Below are positions 13,906-22,534 of a stretch of DNA of 34,088 nucleotides, in pieces. The translations under genes were made by a program, and so were the position numbers. Under the pieces are notes generated by a model, which saw nothing but the letters and a program-made list of their open reading frames with translations, was not told the origin of the DNA and ran no database searches. Origin of the DNA: Phycisphaerae bacterium SM23_33 (GTDB lineage: Bacteria; Planctomycetota; Phycisphaerae; SM23-33); NCBI GenBank assembly GCA_001303665.1, contig LJUF01000001.1:1-34088 (forward strand), given 5' to 3'. Each line of letters begins with the position of its first letter. The stretch's first letter is position 1.

Positions 13906-15067
13906 CTTTCACCAAGCACCGCCCGTCCACCTTGTATCCCTCTCGGAGCAACTTCTCACAAAGCGAAGCCAAACCGAAATGGCCCCACCACGTCCCGAAG
14001 CAGACGGTGTCTTGCAAGGCTGCATTTGGGGCGATTTCTTGGCCGTACCATGACGAGGAATAGTCGCGCTGCATCTGGGCCTGAAGCTGAGACGAAAGCG
14101 TCCTGAGTCTCCACCCGTGTTCTCCGAACTGCGGATTGCGGACTTTGGCCACTTCCGGCGCAACTCTTTTCAGGATTTGATGGCGATAGGACCCAACCTG
14201 CGATTCCTGTTGGCCCAGCCCGTATTCATGCAGGACGCGGATCATATCGGGGACCAAGTAGGGAAACACCCATTCCCCCTTGACGGGGGCGAAAAAGTAA
14301 GGGTGATAAGGCAGGACGCGAAACACCCAGTCCAGCCCAGGGCCGTTGACCAGCGCATGCGTCACGTCGTTGGCGAGGTAGCCGGAAAAACATTGCAGCT
14401 CGCCGTCGTCTTCAGGGATGAGGCCCTCCTCCTGGAGGTAGTCAACAGGATCGTACCAATAATTGAAACACCTGGCCCACAGGCCCCCGTTCTGCCGCTT
14501 CCACGCGTCCTCGAAGCGGCACGATCTGGCATGGTGATTCTCAAACAGCGGCTTTACGCCGCCCCCGTAAACCGCGAACTTGGAGCGTTCCCATCCCTCC
14601 GCTTCCAGTGCCATCCGTGAGTGCCTGTGCTCCCCCTCCACCTCCACGAACAGTATTTCGCCCAGCCATTCCGGGCCGTTCTTTTCAAATAGTTTCCTGA
14701 TCGTGTGAGAAATCAGGCGGCTGTCGTAGCCCCCGGAGTGCAAGACGACATGAAATCGCCCCGGCGTCCAGGCTCCCTCCACCACACCCACGAAGGCATC
14801 ATAGAGTAGGTCCAAGAACTTTCCTCTACCGATTTTTTTCCTGTCCGGCGGGTCGGCGGCCAGCGCCTCCATCTCCTCGCCCCACGTCGCCTCCGGGGGC
14901 ATCATGTCGATCTCGCGGAACATCGTCTTGCAATGCCGCTGCCTGGGGTCGACGCCGTAGCCGGTCTCGTAAATCCGAAAGTACGGCTCCCTTCTGAGAG
15001 TCAGCACGTCCGGCAGTATCTCGTGGATCCAGGGCGATTGCCCAACGCTACTCTTGAATAGATTCAT
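13895..15067 (-). CDS. PP-loop ATP-pyrophosphatase superfamily protein (asparagine-synthetase-like domain)
   Basis: VVLHSGGYDSRLIS matches the SGGxDS PP-loop. ATG 15067 (MNLFKSS) follows the upstream stop by 2 nt. The N-terminal 123 codons of the track ORF are Arg/Gly junk. Confidence 0.55.
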   Translation of the reverse strand: MNLFKSSVGQSPWIHEILPDVLTLRREPYFRIYETGYGVDPRQRHCKTMFREIDMMPPEATWGEEMEALAADPPDRKKIGRGKFLDLLYDAFVGVVEGAWTPGRFHVVLHSGGYDSRLISHTIRKLFEKNGPEWLGEILFVEVEGEHRHSRMALEAEGWERSKFAVYGGGVKPLFENHHARSCRFEDAWKRQNGGLWARCFNYWYDPVDYLQEEGLIPEDDGELQCFSGYLANDVTHALVNGPGLDWVFRVLPYHPYFFAPVKGEWVFPYLVPDMIRVLHEYGLGQQESQVGSYRHQILKRVAPEVAKVRNPQFGEHGWRLRTLSSQLQAQMQRDYSSSWYGQEIAPNAALQDTVCFGTWWGHFGLASLCEKLLREGYKVDGRCLVKDAD

Positions 15068-15069
15068 AA

Positions 15070-15984
15070 CTATCCCAACTTCCCCAAGTAATGCGCGAAC
15101 GTCCCCGGTATGGCCTCCTTGCGGAAATACTCCAGCCACACCCACCGGGCCTCCTCGCCGTGCGCCCGCAACTGCGCGTCGGTGTGGGTATCCAAAATCT
15201 GCTTGACGCGTTCGTTCATGACCGGCGCGTCGCTCTCCGGGAAGACGAACATGAATTTGCTGTAATCCACGAAGTCCTCGAAGGGCAGCTCGTACTCGTC
15301 TCCCATCCAGACGGGCGGCCTCCCTGCGCTCATGGCCTCCCAAGTCCGGTAGGCGTCCAGCTCGACCCCTCGCGGGCTGAGCGCCAGCTTGCTCTGCGCG
15401 AAGGCGTTGACGAACTCTTCCCGGCGCTCCCGCCACTGCTCCGTACCTTCGGGGATGTAGCCGAAGAAGTCGTCATAAAAGCGCATGAGGGACTTGATGG
15501 ACTTGTCATCGGCCACGGCGTGGCAGGCCCGACGCCGCACGTCGCAGGCCCCGTCCCTGCCGACGAAGCAGACGTCGTAAGGCAGCGTGCCGAAGTCCGC
15601 CGGTTCCGGCTCGAAATCGTCCACGAAATGGGGCACGCTGACCGTCAGCGGGTTGGGGTCCCTGCGCGACTTCACGGCGCGGAACAGGACCGACGGCAAA
15701 CCCCAGTCGTCCGAGCACGCGCTGTAGTCGTGGAAGAACCAGCGGTGCTCGTTGCCCCGGTAGTCCGGCAGGGACTGGACGAACGAGCGGACGTATTCCG
15801 CCCCGCCGCCGTGCCCGCCCCCGCTGTCCCACCAGATGAGGCCGAGGTCGACCGGGGTGTAGAGCCAGTCGGCCCCGTCCGGGCCGGGGACGAACTCGAA
15901 ATGCTCTCCCGTCCCTGGGTTGTCCAGCAGGATGTCGCGCTTGGCCCTGGGGTGGTTGGTCAGGCAGGCGTGGACTTTGATCAC
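15070..15984 (-). CDS. Exostosin-like glycosyltransferase (GT47-like), paralog A
   Basis: LALSPRGVELDAYRTWEAMSAGRPPVWM fits the exostosin C-terminal signature. GTG 15984 forms a GTGA overlap with the upstream stop. Paralog of 16200..17087. Confidence 0.65.
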   Translation of the reverse strand: MIKVHACLTNHPRAKRDILLDNPGTGEHFEFVPGPDGADWLYTPVDLGLIWWDSGGGHGGGAEYVRSFVQSLPDYRGNEHRWFFHDYSACSDDWGLPSVLFRAVKSRRDPNPLTVSVPHFVDDFEPEPADFGTLPYDVCFVGRDGACDVRRRACHAVADDKSIKSLMRFYDDFFGYIPEGTEQWRERREEFVNAFAQSKLALSPRGVELDAYRTWEAMSAGRPPVWMGDEYELPFEDFVDYSKFMFVFPESDAPVMNERVKQILDTHTDAQLRAHGEEARWVWLEYFRKEAIPGTFAHYLGKLG

Positions 15985-16190
15985 AGCGCTCTCTTTTTTA
16001 CATCCTTCCGTGGCCTTAGCTTGAGACATTCCGGGCAAGTCACGTTGTGCCAATAGGCGCTGTGCGCCACCCGTGTCCCCGGCAACCCGCACGCAGTGTT
16101 CCAATTGAAGCCCTTCAGAGGTTGCCGCGATGCGGGCCAGACCCAAAAATGAATTACACCCTTCTCCCCAGCACGTTCGCCAAAACCCAT
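15981..16190 (-). CDS. Small Cys/His protein (possible zinc ribbon), unknown function
   Basis: 69 aa with protein-like composition (HFWVWPASRQPLKGFNWNTACGLPGTRVAHSAYWHNVTCPECLK). ATG start. It exactly fills the gap between the two GT47-like genes. Lower GC. Confidence 0.5.
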   Translation of the reverse strand: MGFGERAGEKGVIHFWVWPASRQPLKGFNWNTACGLPGTRVAHSAYWHNVTCPECLKLRPRKDVKKRAL

Positions 16191-16199
16191 CTCGGCCCC

Positions 16200-17087
16200 C
16201 TATAACATTTCCTCCAAATACCTCAACACCATGTCGTCCCACCTGGCCGGGGCCAGCCAGTCCGCCCAGGCCCGCCGCGCCCTGTGCGCCATTTCCCGCA
16301 TACAGGACTGCGGGCGGCAACGTTCGTTGATGGCCATGATCTCCCCGGCCACAGACGCGGCCCTGGCCTCCGGCACTTGAAAGGAGCAGGCATCCCAGTC
16401 CACGTATTCGGGCATGGGCAGCGCGTAGTCGTCGGCCAAGACGACGGGGATGCGGCCCGCGCTCATAGCCTCGAACAGCCGGTAAGAGTGCTGGCCCGCG
16501 CCCCTGGGGGCCAGCACCAGCCTGGACTGCTTCAGCGCGTCTATGAAAATCTGCCTGCGCTGGTCCCCCTCCGGCGTGCCCTCGTAGCGGCCCCAGTGCC
16601 TATTGACGGTGTCCAGGTAGCAGTTCAGTCCGGGGCAGGCCCTCAGCGAGTCCAGGCAGCGCCGCCGGACGCCCAGCGGGTCATGGTCCAGGCCGACGAA
16701 GCAGACGTGGTACAAAAGCTGCTCGTAGTCCATCCCGGCCAGCCGCCCGAAGTCGTCCACCGCCGGGGGCCAAGGGACCACGTTGGGGTCGCGGCGGCGC
16801 TTGTCCACCGACTGCCTGAAGACGACGGCCTGCGTCCCGATAGGGGCGTCCTCGTCCGAGTGCATCCACAGGACGTGTCGGCGCTCGTGCTTCTCCCAGG
16901 TCGGCAGCCTGGCCAGTGTGGGCAGCACGCCTCCCACTCGCTGGGGGTGCCTGCGCTCCACGTCGCCCAGCTCGACCAGGACCACGAAAGCGTCGGCCTC
17001 GGCGGGGTTCTCCGTATATTCGAGCGTGGTCGGCCTGGCCACGGGTCGGGCGGGAACGTCCAGTTCGGTATAGGCGTAGACTTTCAC
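16200..17087 (-). CDS. Exostosin-like glycosyltransferase (GT47-like), paralog B
   Basis: LVLAPRGAGQHSYRLFEAMSAGRIPVVL, with HVCFVG as in paralog A (DVCFVG). Confidence 0.65.
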   Translation of the reverse strand: MKVYAYTELDVPARPVARPTTLEYTENPAEADAFVVLVELGDVERRHPQRVGGVLPTLARLPTWEKHERRHVLWMHSDEDAPIGTQAVVFRQSVDKRRRDPNVVPWPPAVDDFGRLAGMDYEQLLYHVCFVGLDHDPLGVRRRCLDSLRACPGLNCYLDTVNRHWGRYEGTPEGDQRRQIFIDALKQSRLVLAPRGAGQHSYRLFEAMSAGRIPVVLADDYALPMPEYVDWDACSFQVPEARAASVAGEIMAINERCRPQSCMREMAHRARRAWADWLAPARWDDMVLRYLEEML

Positions 17088-17416
17088 GTGTAATCGTCCT
17101 CGTCAAAGTGCTCCGACGCCAGCACGAGGCACAGGGCGTCGGGGCTGAAGTTCTCCAATGTGCGGCGGGCCGTCGGCTTGACATAAAGCCCCGTCCGGGG
17201 CGAATCCAGCCGGTGGCGCTCCTCGTCCACCACCACGTCGAGGCGGCCCCGCAAGGCCACCATCACCATCCGGCAGGTCTTCATGGCGTGCCCGCCCCGC
17301 GTCTCGCCGGGCGGGACGTTTTCGATCCAGAACGCCCGCTTGACGTCGAAGGGGAGCTCGCACACCGTCAGGCCGCCCCGGTGGTCGGGATAGGTCATGA
17401 ATTCAATGATCGGCAA
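17084..17416 (-). CDS. FdtA/WxcM-like cupin (NDP-4-keto-6-deoxyhexose 3,4-ketoisomerase family)
   Basis: DHRGGLTVCELPFDVKRAFWI...TRGGHAMK...LYVKP...ALCLVLASEHFDEDDY follows the FdtA pattern, except that HAM replaces the usual HAH. TTG 17416 has GGAGG-N6. The alternative start is ATG 17398. Confidence 0.6.
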   Translation of the reverse strand: MPIIEFMTYPDHRGGLTVCELPFDVKRAFWIENVPPGETRGGHAMKTCRMVMVALRGRLDVVVDEERHRLDSPRTGLYVKPTARRTLENFSPDALCLVLASEHFDEDDYT

Positions 17417-18275
17417 GCTCGGCCTCCAATTTCCGCCTCAACTGCGGCAGCCTCTTCTCTATGGCCGGGGGGTGCGGGCGGTCGAATGGCCCGGTGCGGC
17501 ACGGCCCCCGCGTCTCCGGCAAGAAGTCGTGGCAGCCGTTCCACCGGTCCTCTATGGCCCGCCTCTCGGCGTCGCTTCCCCGGACCCACGGGAGATACAC
17601 TTGCTCGAAATAGCCGGGGATGCACCTTCCGGGGGCGACAGACTCCCGGTAGTATTCCGTCTTGGCCTTGACCTGCGACGGCCACACGTAAGAGTAATGC
17701 GGCATCCCGGCGAAGAAGGCCAGGTGGTCGTGCTCCCGCCAGGGGCGATGTTCCGGCCCGGAGGAAAGGACCGTCGGCGGGCGATGAGTCTGCCAGTTCG
17801 CGCCGGGATACCACCGCTGTACCCGGTGGAACTCGAACCCCTGCTCGAAGGAGCCCTCGCCGAAAATCCTGTCGAACCCGCCGAAGAAAGCCCAACTCCT
17901 GAAGCTGATCGAGTCCCAACGCCCCGTCTCCAAGACCTCGATCACCTTCTCGATGGTCTCCGGGTAATGGACCTCGTCCGAGTCGACGTGGAAGACGAAG
18001 TCCGCGTCGGGGCGGATCAGGGCTCCGTAGGCGCGGCACATCTCGTCTTTCTCCGACCATGGGCCATGGATCATCTGAATCTTCCCGTCCGGGTCGGGGA
18101 AGTCCCTGATGGTCTCCACCGTGCCGTCCGTGGACTCGGTGAACCCTTTTTGGACGAAATAGCCGACCGGCCCCTCGGTGACGACGATCTGCGACGCATA
18201 GGGGTAGATGGTTTCCAGGCAGGCGTCGAGAACGTAATTGCCGTTGAAGACGATCATGCCGAAGGCGATGTTCAT
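17403..18275 (-). CDS. Glycosyltransferase, GT-A fold (GT2-like)
   Basis: N-terminal MNIAFGMIVFNGNYVLDACLETI and HVDSDEV (DXD) are typical of family-2-like transferases. Confidence 0.55.
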   Translation of the reverse strand: MNIAFGMIVFNGNYVLDACLETIYPYASQIVVTEGPVGYFVQKGFTESTDGTVETIRDFPDPDGKIQMIHGPWSEKDEMCRAYGALIRPDADFVFHVDSDEVHYPETIEKVIEVLETGRWDSISFRSWAFFGGFDRIFGEGSFEQGFEFHRVQRWYPGANWQTHRPPTVLSSGPEHRPWREHDHLAFFAGMPHYSYVWPSQVKAKTEYYRESVAPGRCIPGYFEQVYLPWVRGSDAERRAIEDRWNGCHDFLPETRGPCRTGPFDRPHPPAIEKRLPQLRRKLEAELADH

Positions 18276-18296
18276 TTTACTTCCCCATCTCTTGCC

Positions 18297-18581
18297 CTAC
18301 TGCCTCGCCCTAAAAGCGCTGAACAATGCAGACCAACGCCCCCGTTCACACACTTGACGAATTTGCCAGTATCTCGCCTCGGCATTGTCCCATTCACAAC
18401 TTGTCTCCAAAAACTGATTATAGTGCCAATTTTTGCACTTATCGCACCATTCATAGGTGGCCCTGCAATCAAGCAGTTGCCTGATACCCGATCCGAAATA
18501 CCACGTCCAGCCACGCGCTACCGTCCCGGTTAGAAATAATGCGACACTAATCACAAACATCGCCAAAGGTATGCTAGACAC
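18297..18581 (-). CDS. Small membrane-anchored Cys-rich protein, unknown function
   Basis: N-terminal TM helix (IPLAMFVISVALFLTGTV), then CRATYEWCDKCKNWHYNQFLETSCEW...VCERGRW. About 48% GC. GTG 18581 or ATG 18560. Confidence 0.45.
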   Translation of the reverse strand: MSSIPLAMFVISVALFLTGTVARGWTWYFGSGIRQLLDCRATYEWCDKCKNWHYNQFLETSCEWDNAEARYWQIRQVCERGRWSALFSAFRARQ

Positions 18582-19098
18582 AATACACCCCCGTCAGCCA
18601 GTGGACCTTCCAGGGCTCCCCCAGCAAGGCCCTGGCCGCCGCCTGCACCCCCGGAACGTGGGGGTTGTTAAAGTCATGCAGGCAGACGTAACCTTCCACA
18701 TGGGGCAGCCAGGCCTCGATGTCGGCCCGCACGCTGCCCTCGTCGTGGGCGGCGTCTATGAAGAGCAAGCCGACCTTGCCCCCTTGCCAGTCCCGACCCG
18801 TCTCGGCGGAATCGCCCTCAACGACCACGCAGCGTTCCTGCAGGCCTATCGCCGCGATGTTCTGCTCCAAGACTTCCCGGCTGGGCGCGACCCAACCCGG
18901 ATGGTCCGGGGTGAAGTTGTCCACCAGGTAGACGGTGCCCTTGCAAACGCTGGCCATGGCCAGGCCCGACCGGCCCCGGTTGGTCCCCAACTCGACGACG
19001 ATGGCGCCGTCAGGAAGAGTCTCAACCAATTCGATGAGCAATTCGATGTCCTGGTCCGGCGTCTCGCCCTCGATGTCCCGCCAGTCCACTACCAGCAC
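18574..19098 (-). CDS. Class I SAM-dependent methyltransferase (paralog of 7156..7722)
   Basis: IVVELGTNRGRS, LLFIDAAH, and EAWLPHVEGYVCLHDF. In-frame GTG at 19098 or 19089 (TAGTG overlap). The upstream part of the track ORF is junk. Confidence 0.65.
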   Translation of the reverse strand: MLVVDWRDIEGETPDQDIELLIELVETLPDGAIVVELGTNRGRSGLAMASVCKGTVYLVDNFTPDHPGWVAPSREVLEQNIAAIGLQERCVVVEGDSAETGRDWQGGKVGLLFIDAAHDEGSVRADIEAWLPHVEGYVCLHDFNNPHVPGVQAAARALLGEPWKVHWLTGVYCV

Positions 19099-19820
19099 CC
19101 CCGTATCCGCTCTTTCAGCATGTCGTCCAGGAGGGCGAGGATCTCGTGGCCCTCGCCCAACCTGCCCGCGAGGATGCCCCTGGAACCGTCTCGGTAGACG
19201 CCGTAGCGGGTGACATTCAGGTAGGGCGCGGGGAAGTCCCGCACGACGCCCAGCATCCGCTTGCCCGACCGCCTGGCCCGCTCCGTGCCTTTCCTCTCGA
19301 CGGTCCAGTGATCCTCGCCTTCCACTAGCAGGCTGATCAAATATTCCACGTCCCACATGCCGGGCTGCAAGGACAGAAGATATTCCGCCGTGGCCTTGTC
19401 GTACTCCCCGACCAGCGGCCTGTCCCCGATCTGCTGCCACTCCTGCCACTGCCTGCCGTCCAGCAGGTCGTCGGTCCAGGGCCGCAGGTTGATGTAGCCG
19501 ATGGACTCGTCGTCCCGCATCATGGCCGCCAATTCGACCATCAGCGCGTTGTCTACCGGGTCCAGCAGATAATAGTCGTCCAGGAGCAGCACGACGGTCC
19601 GGGCGTCCGTCTGCCGCAGGTAAGCCAGCACGTTGCTGGCCCACAGCTTGTCCGGGCCGTAGAACCAGAATTTGTAGGGCAAGCCATCGAGCCAGGGCTG
19701 CTCCGTGCCGGCCACGATCTCCAATTCCCAGGGTCTCCCCGGCCAGCCCTCCTCCAAGAAGTGGCAGAATCCCGGTATCAATTTGCTGTACAGGTCACAG
19801 GTGACGCAGACGACTTTCAC
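19089..19820 (-). CDS. Hypothetical protein, possible GT-A-fold transferase
   Basis: Begins MKVVCVTCDLY like the neighbouring GTs, with VVLLLDDYYLLD as a possible DXD region. GTG 19820 forms a GTGA overlap with the upstream stop. Confidence 0.4.
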   Translation of the reverse strand: MKVVCVTCDLYSKLIPGFCHFLEEGWPGRPWELEIVAGTEQPWLDGLPYKFWFYGPDKLWASNVLAYLRQTDARTVVLLLDDYYLLDPVDNALMVELAAMMRDDESIGYINLRPWTDDLLDGRQWQEWQQIGDRPLVGEYDKATAEYLLSLQPGMWDVEYLISLLVEGEDHWTVERKGTERARRSGKRMLGVVRDFPAPYLNVTRYGVYRDGSRGILAGRLGEGHEILALLDDMLKERIRGCW

Positions 19821-20443
19821 GCACACAAGACGAAGCCCCCCAAAGCATAGGACAAATAGAGGATGCTCGGCTCAGGCACCTGCCCCGGCACCTCGGCCAG
19901 AGCCCTCTCCTTGGCGCAGGGCAGCCAGCGGCTGTCGTCGTCGGCCTTGACCCAGTACCGTTCTTTCAGGACGGCGTAACCCTCCAGCAACCCCGGCAGC
20001 CTGTCCGGGCCGTAGACGCGGTGGTATTCCCCCACGACGGCGTCCACCCCGACGGGTACGGTCAGCAACATGATCCCGTCGCCGTCGAGCCGCATCCAAC
20101 CTCTCAGCTTCCGCATGGCCTTCAGGTCGCCGTCCGGGTCGAGCGGGTCGCCGTAGCGCCCCAGGCCCACGTGCTCGACGGTCGAAACGTTCAGGATGTA
20201 GTCGAACGGCTCGTCGAACTCGACGGCCATGACGTCCCGCCGGACGTACCGCACGCCCTGGGGAGGCGCAATGTCCTCCAGCCCGACGGCCACGACGGAG
20301 TAGCCCTTGCTCGCGGCGTCTGCGGACAGGTAAAAGCCCTCCATCGGCCCGAAGTCCAGCACGCGCCTGCCCGCGCCGCACGGGGGCAGGTTCTCCATGG
20401 CAAAGCCCCACTCGATCCCCCTGTCGCCCGCAAGCGTCTTCAT
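19817..20443 (-). CDS. DUF268-type SAM-dependent methyltransferase-like protein
   Basis: RVLDFGP and NVSTVEHVGLGRYGDPLDPDGDLKAM match my recollection of the DUF268 signature. ATGA overlap at 20440-20443. Confidence 0.6.
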   Translation of the reverse strand: MKTLAGDRGIEWGFAMENLPPCGAGRRVLDFGPMEGFYLSADAASKGYSVVAVGLEDIAPPQGVRYVRRDVMAVEFDEPFDYILNVSTVEHVGLGRYGDPLDPDGDLKAMRKLRGWMRLDGDGIMLLTVPVGVDAVVGEYHRVYGPDRLPGLLEGYAVLKERYWVKADDDSRWLPCAKERALAEVPGQVPEPSILYLSYALGGFVLCA

Positions 20444-21237
20444 AAGAGCGGCCCCCCTCTGGCCCTGCGGTACAGCTCTTCGTCGTCCAGCGTCCACTCA
20501 GCGTCCGATATGTGGGCGCGCGGGTACTTGGCGTGCTCCTTGAACAGGTCCTCGTTGTGCTTGTAGTCGCCCCATTCTTCCTGGTGTCCGCTCCTGGCCT
20601 CGTAGCCGTGGCGGGCGTCCCTCTCGTGCTCCTGGTGGATGGCGGCCACGACCAACGTGGCGTCCACCACGGGGACGCGCTGCGCGGCGTAGGACAGAGC
20701 CCAGTTGTCCCAAAACGGCACGCCCACGTAGAAGTTCAGCATGGCATCGAACAGGTCGCCGTTGCGGTAGGCGAAATAGTCCATCGCGCCCAGGCTGTGC
20801 CGCTCCCCGGTGCGGCAGGCGAACTCGCACAGCTTCTCTTCCCATCCGGGGCCGAAAGACCATTCCTTGTCGAGCCGTATGTCTATCCGCCCGCCCACCA
20901 TGAGGAAGTCGCCGAGCTCCCGCGCGCAGCGGACGACGGCTTCCGGCAGGTGCAGGAACATCATGTCGGCGTTGGTCCAGCACAGCAGGCCGTTGGAGGC
21001 CCTCGCCCTGGCCTTGGCGAAGACGTCGCTCAGGACCGGCCTGCCCCTGGGACTGACGGCCACGCCGGGGACGTGGACGCAGCCGAACTCCCCGGCGGCC
21101 TCGGCCACTCCGGGATCGTCGCCCAACAAGATGATCTCGGGGCGCGGCGTGAGGCGCGCCCAGGTGTTGAGCGCGTTCCTCTGGATAACGTTCCGGTAGC
21201 CCTCGAAGGCGCAGGGAACGGAGAACAAAGTTATCAT
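20440..21237 (-). CDS. Hypothetical protein, probable GT-A-fold glycosyltransferase
   Basis: MITLFSVPCAFEGYRNVIQRNALNTW, ILLGDD, and WTNADMMF (DXD-like). ATGA overlap at 21234-21237. Confidence 0.45.
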   Translation of the reverse strand: MITLFSVPCAFEGYRNVIQRNALNTWARLTPRPEIILLGDDPGVAEAAGEFGCVHVPGVAVSPRGRPVLSDVFAKARARASNGLLCWTNADMMFLHLPEAVVRCARELGDFLMVGGRIDIRLDKEWSFGPGWEEKLCEFACRTGERHSLGAMDYFAYRNGDLFDAMLNFYVGVPFWDNWALSYAAQRVPVVDATLVVAAIHQEHERDARHGYEARSGHQEEWGDYKHNEDLFKEHAKYPRAHISDAEWTLDDEELYRRARGGPLL

Positions 21238-21851
21238 TGTCGCGCCTTTCCGAACCGGTGCTCCACCACCGTGCCCCGATGGCTGTTGAAGTCCGGCCCC
21301 AGCAGCCAGACCTTGACGGGATGCTTCTCCAACGCCCTCAGCAGCGCCCCCTGGTCGTGCAGCCTGAAGCGTTCCCACTCCCGCCGCCACTCGGCGAAAA
21401 GCCGCTCCGTGCCGTCCGTGCGCCGGAACCACATCACGCCGGTGTTGAGCATCAGCGGCCAACCGTCGGCCAGTTCGTCCTGGGTGACGCGCCGCTCTTC
21501 CTCGGTCAGGCTGTGCAGGGGTTGGGATTGCCCCTCGCTGGGCACGATGACCAGCTCCCACCCGTCGTCCAGGATGCGGAATCCCGCGTCCAACCTGCCG
21601 CGCACGCGGGTGTCGGCGTCCAGGTAAAGCGTCCGCTCGAACGGCGACAGGGGCAGCAGGTTGACCTTGGCCCACCGGCCTGGCATCCCCCGGTCGGGCC
21701 AGCTCACGCGCCGCGCGCCTTCCACCTCGTCGCCGACGACGGCGACCGGCCAGTCGTGGTGCCGCCGCAGGGACTCGATGCTCTCCGTCGCCTCCCCGAC
21801 GGCGCGGGCTCCGTATGCGACGTACAGGACGCCCTCACGGGAACCCGCCAT
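21234..21851 (-). CDS. Glycosyltransferase, GT8-like nucleotide-diphospho-sugar transferase
   Basis: VLYVAYG, TLYLDADT (DXD), and MLNTGVMWF. Confidence 0.6.
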   Translation of the reverse strand: MAGSREGVLYVAYGARAVGEATESIESLRRHHDWPVAVVGDEVEGARRVSWPDRGMPGRWAKVNLLPLSPFERTLYLDADTRVRGRLDAGFRILDDGWELVIVPSEGQSQPLHSLTEEERRVTQDELADGWPLMLNTGVMWFRRTDGTERLFAEWRREWERFRLHDQGALLRALEKHPVKVWLLGPDFNSHRGTVVEHRFGKARQ

Positions 21852-22524
21852 GCGGCATCCACCGGACTTGCAGACTTTGCCAGTTGGACGGCAACGCCTG
21901 GATCACCGCCGCGCTCCGGTACAGCGACCTCAGGAAGCCGTGCCGCTCGTCGTTGCCGGCGGCGATCTCTTTGGCCCACAAGCCGACGAGCCTTTTCGTG
22001 GCGGAGGTGCGCCGCAGCCACACCAGGCGGGGATCGTAGACCGGCGTCCGCAGGTCCCTCACCACCTGCACGGTCCTGTCCCGCTCGTCCTCGCTGCCCA
22101 CGTCGGCTGCCGTCGTCGTCTCGCCCGCCAGCATGGCCAGCACTTCCCACCCCTCGATCCTGGATTCGCGGCAGCGGGACAGCCCCGACTCGACCGCCCG
22201 CGGGGTCACCGGCAGGGACGGTTCCCATATCACGGTGAAGTCGAACGGCAGCCGGAGGTTGCCGTCAACGAATGCCAGCTTGGTGGTCAGGTCCCCGAAC
22301 TCCGACAGTTCGGGGTGCCCTCCCCTCACCAACACACCGCTGTGGGCGTAGTCCACCGAGACGATCCGCCTGTCGGGTCGCGGAATCTCGACCCGGCCCT
22401 GCGCCAGCCACACCCGCGCTTGTTGCTTGCCGACTTGAATCCAGTCGCCGGGGTAAGCGATCTCCTGTATGCCTCTCACGTCGTATGTCAGCGTGGACAG
22501 GACGCGGACCCACTTTTTGGCCAT
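21835..22524 (-). CDS. Hypothetical protein (first gene of the island)
   Basis: 229 aa with protein-like composition and an ATG start. I recognise no motif. Confidence 0.55.
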   Translation of the reverse strand: MAKKWVRVLSTLTYDVRGIQEIAYPGDWIQVGKQQARVWLAQGRVEIPRPDRRIVSVDYAHSGVLVRGGHPELSEFGDLTTKLAFVDGNLRLPFDFTVIWEPSLPVTPRAVESGLSRCRESRIEGWEVLAMLAGETTTAADVGSEDERDRTVQVVRDLRTPVYDPRLVWLRRTSATKRLVGLWAKEIAAGNDERHGFLRSLYRSAAVIQALPSNWQSLQVRWMPHGGFP

Positions 22525-22534
22525 TTCCTACCCG

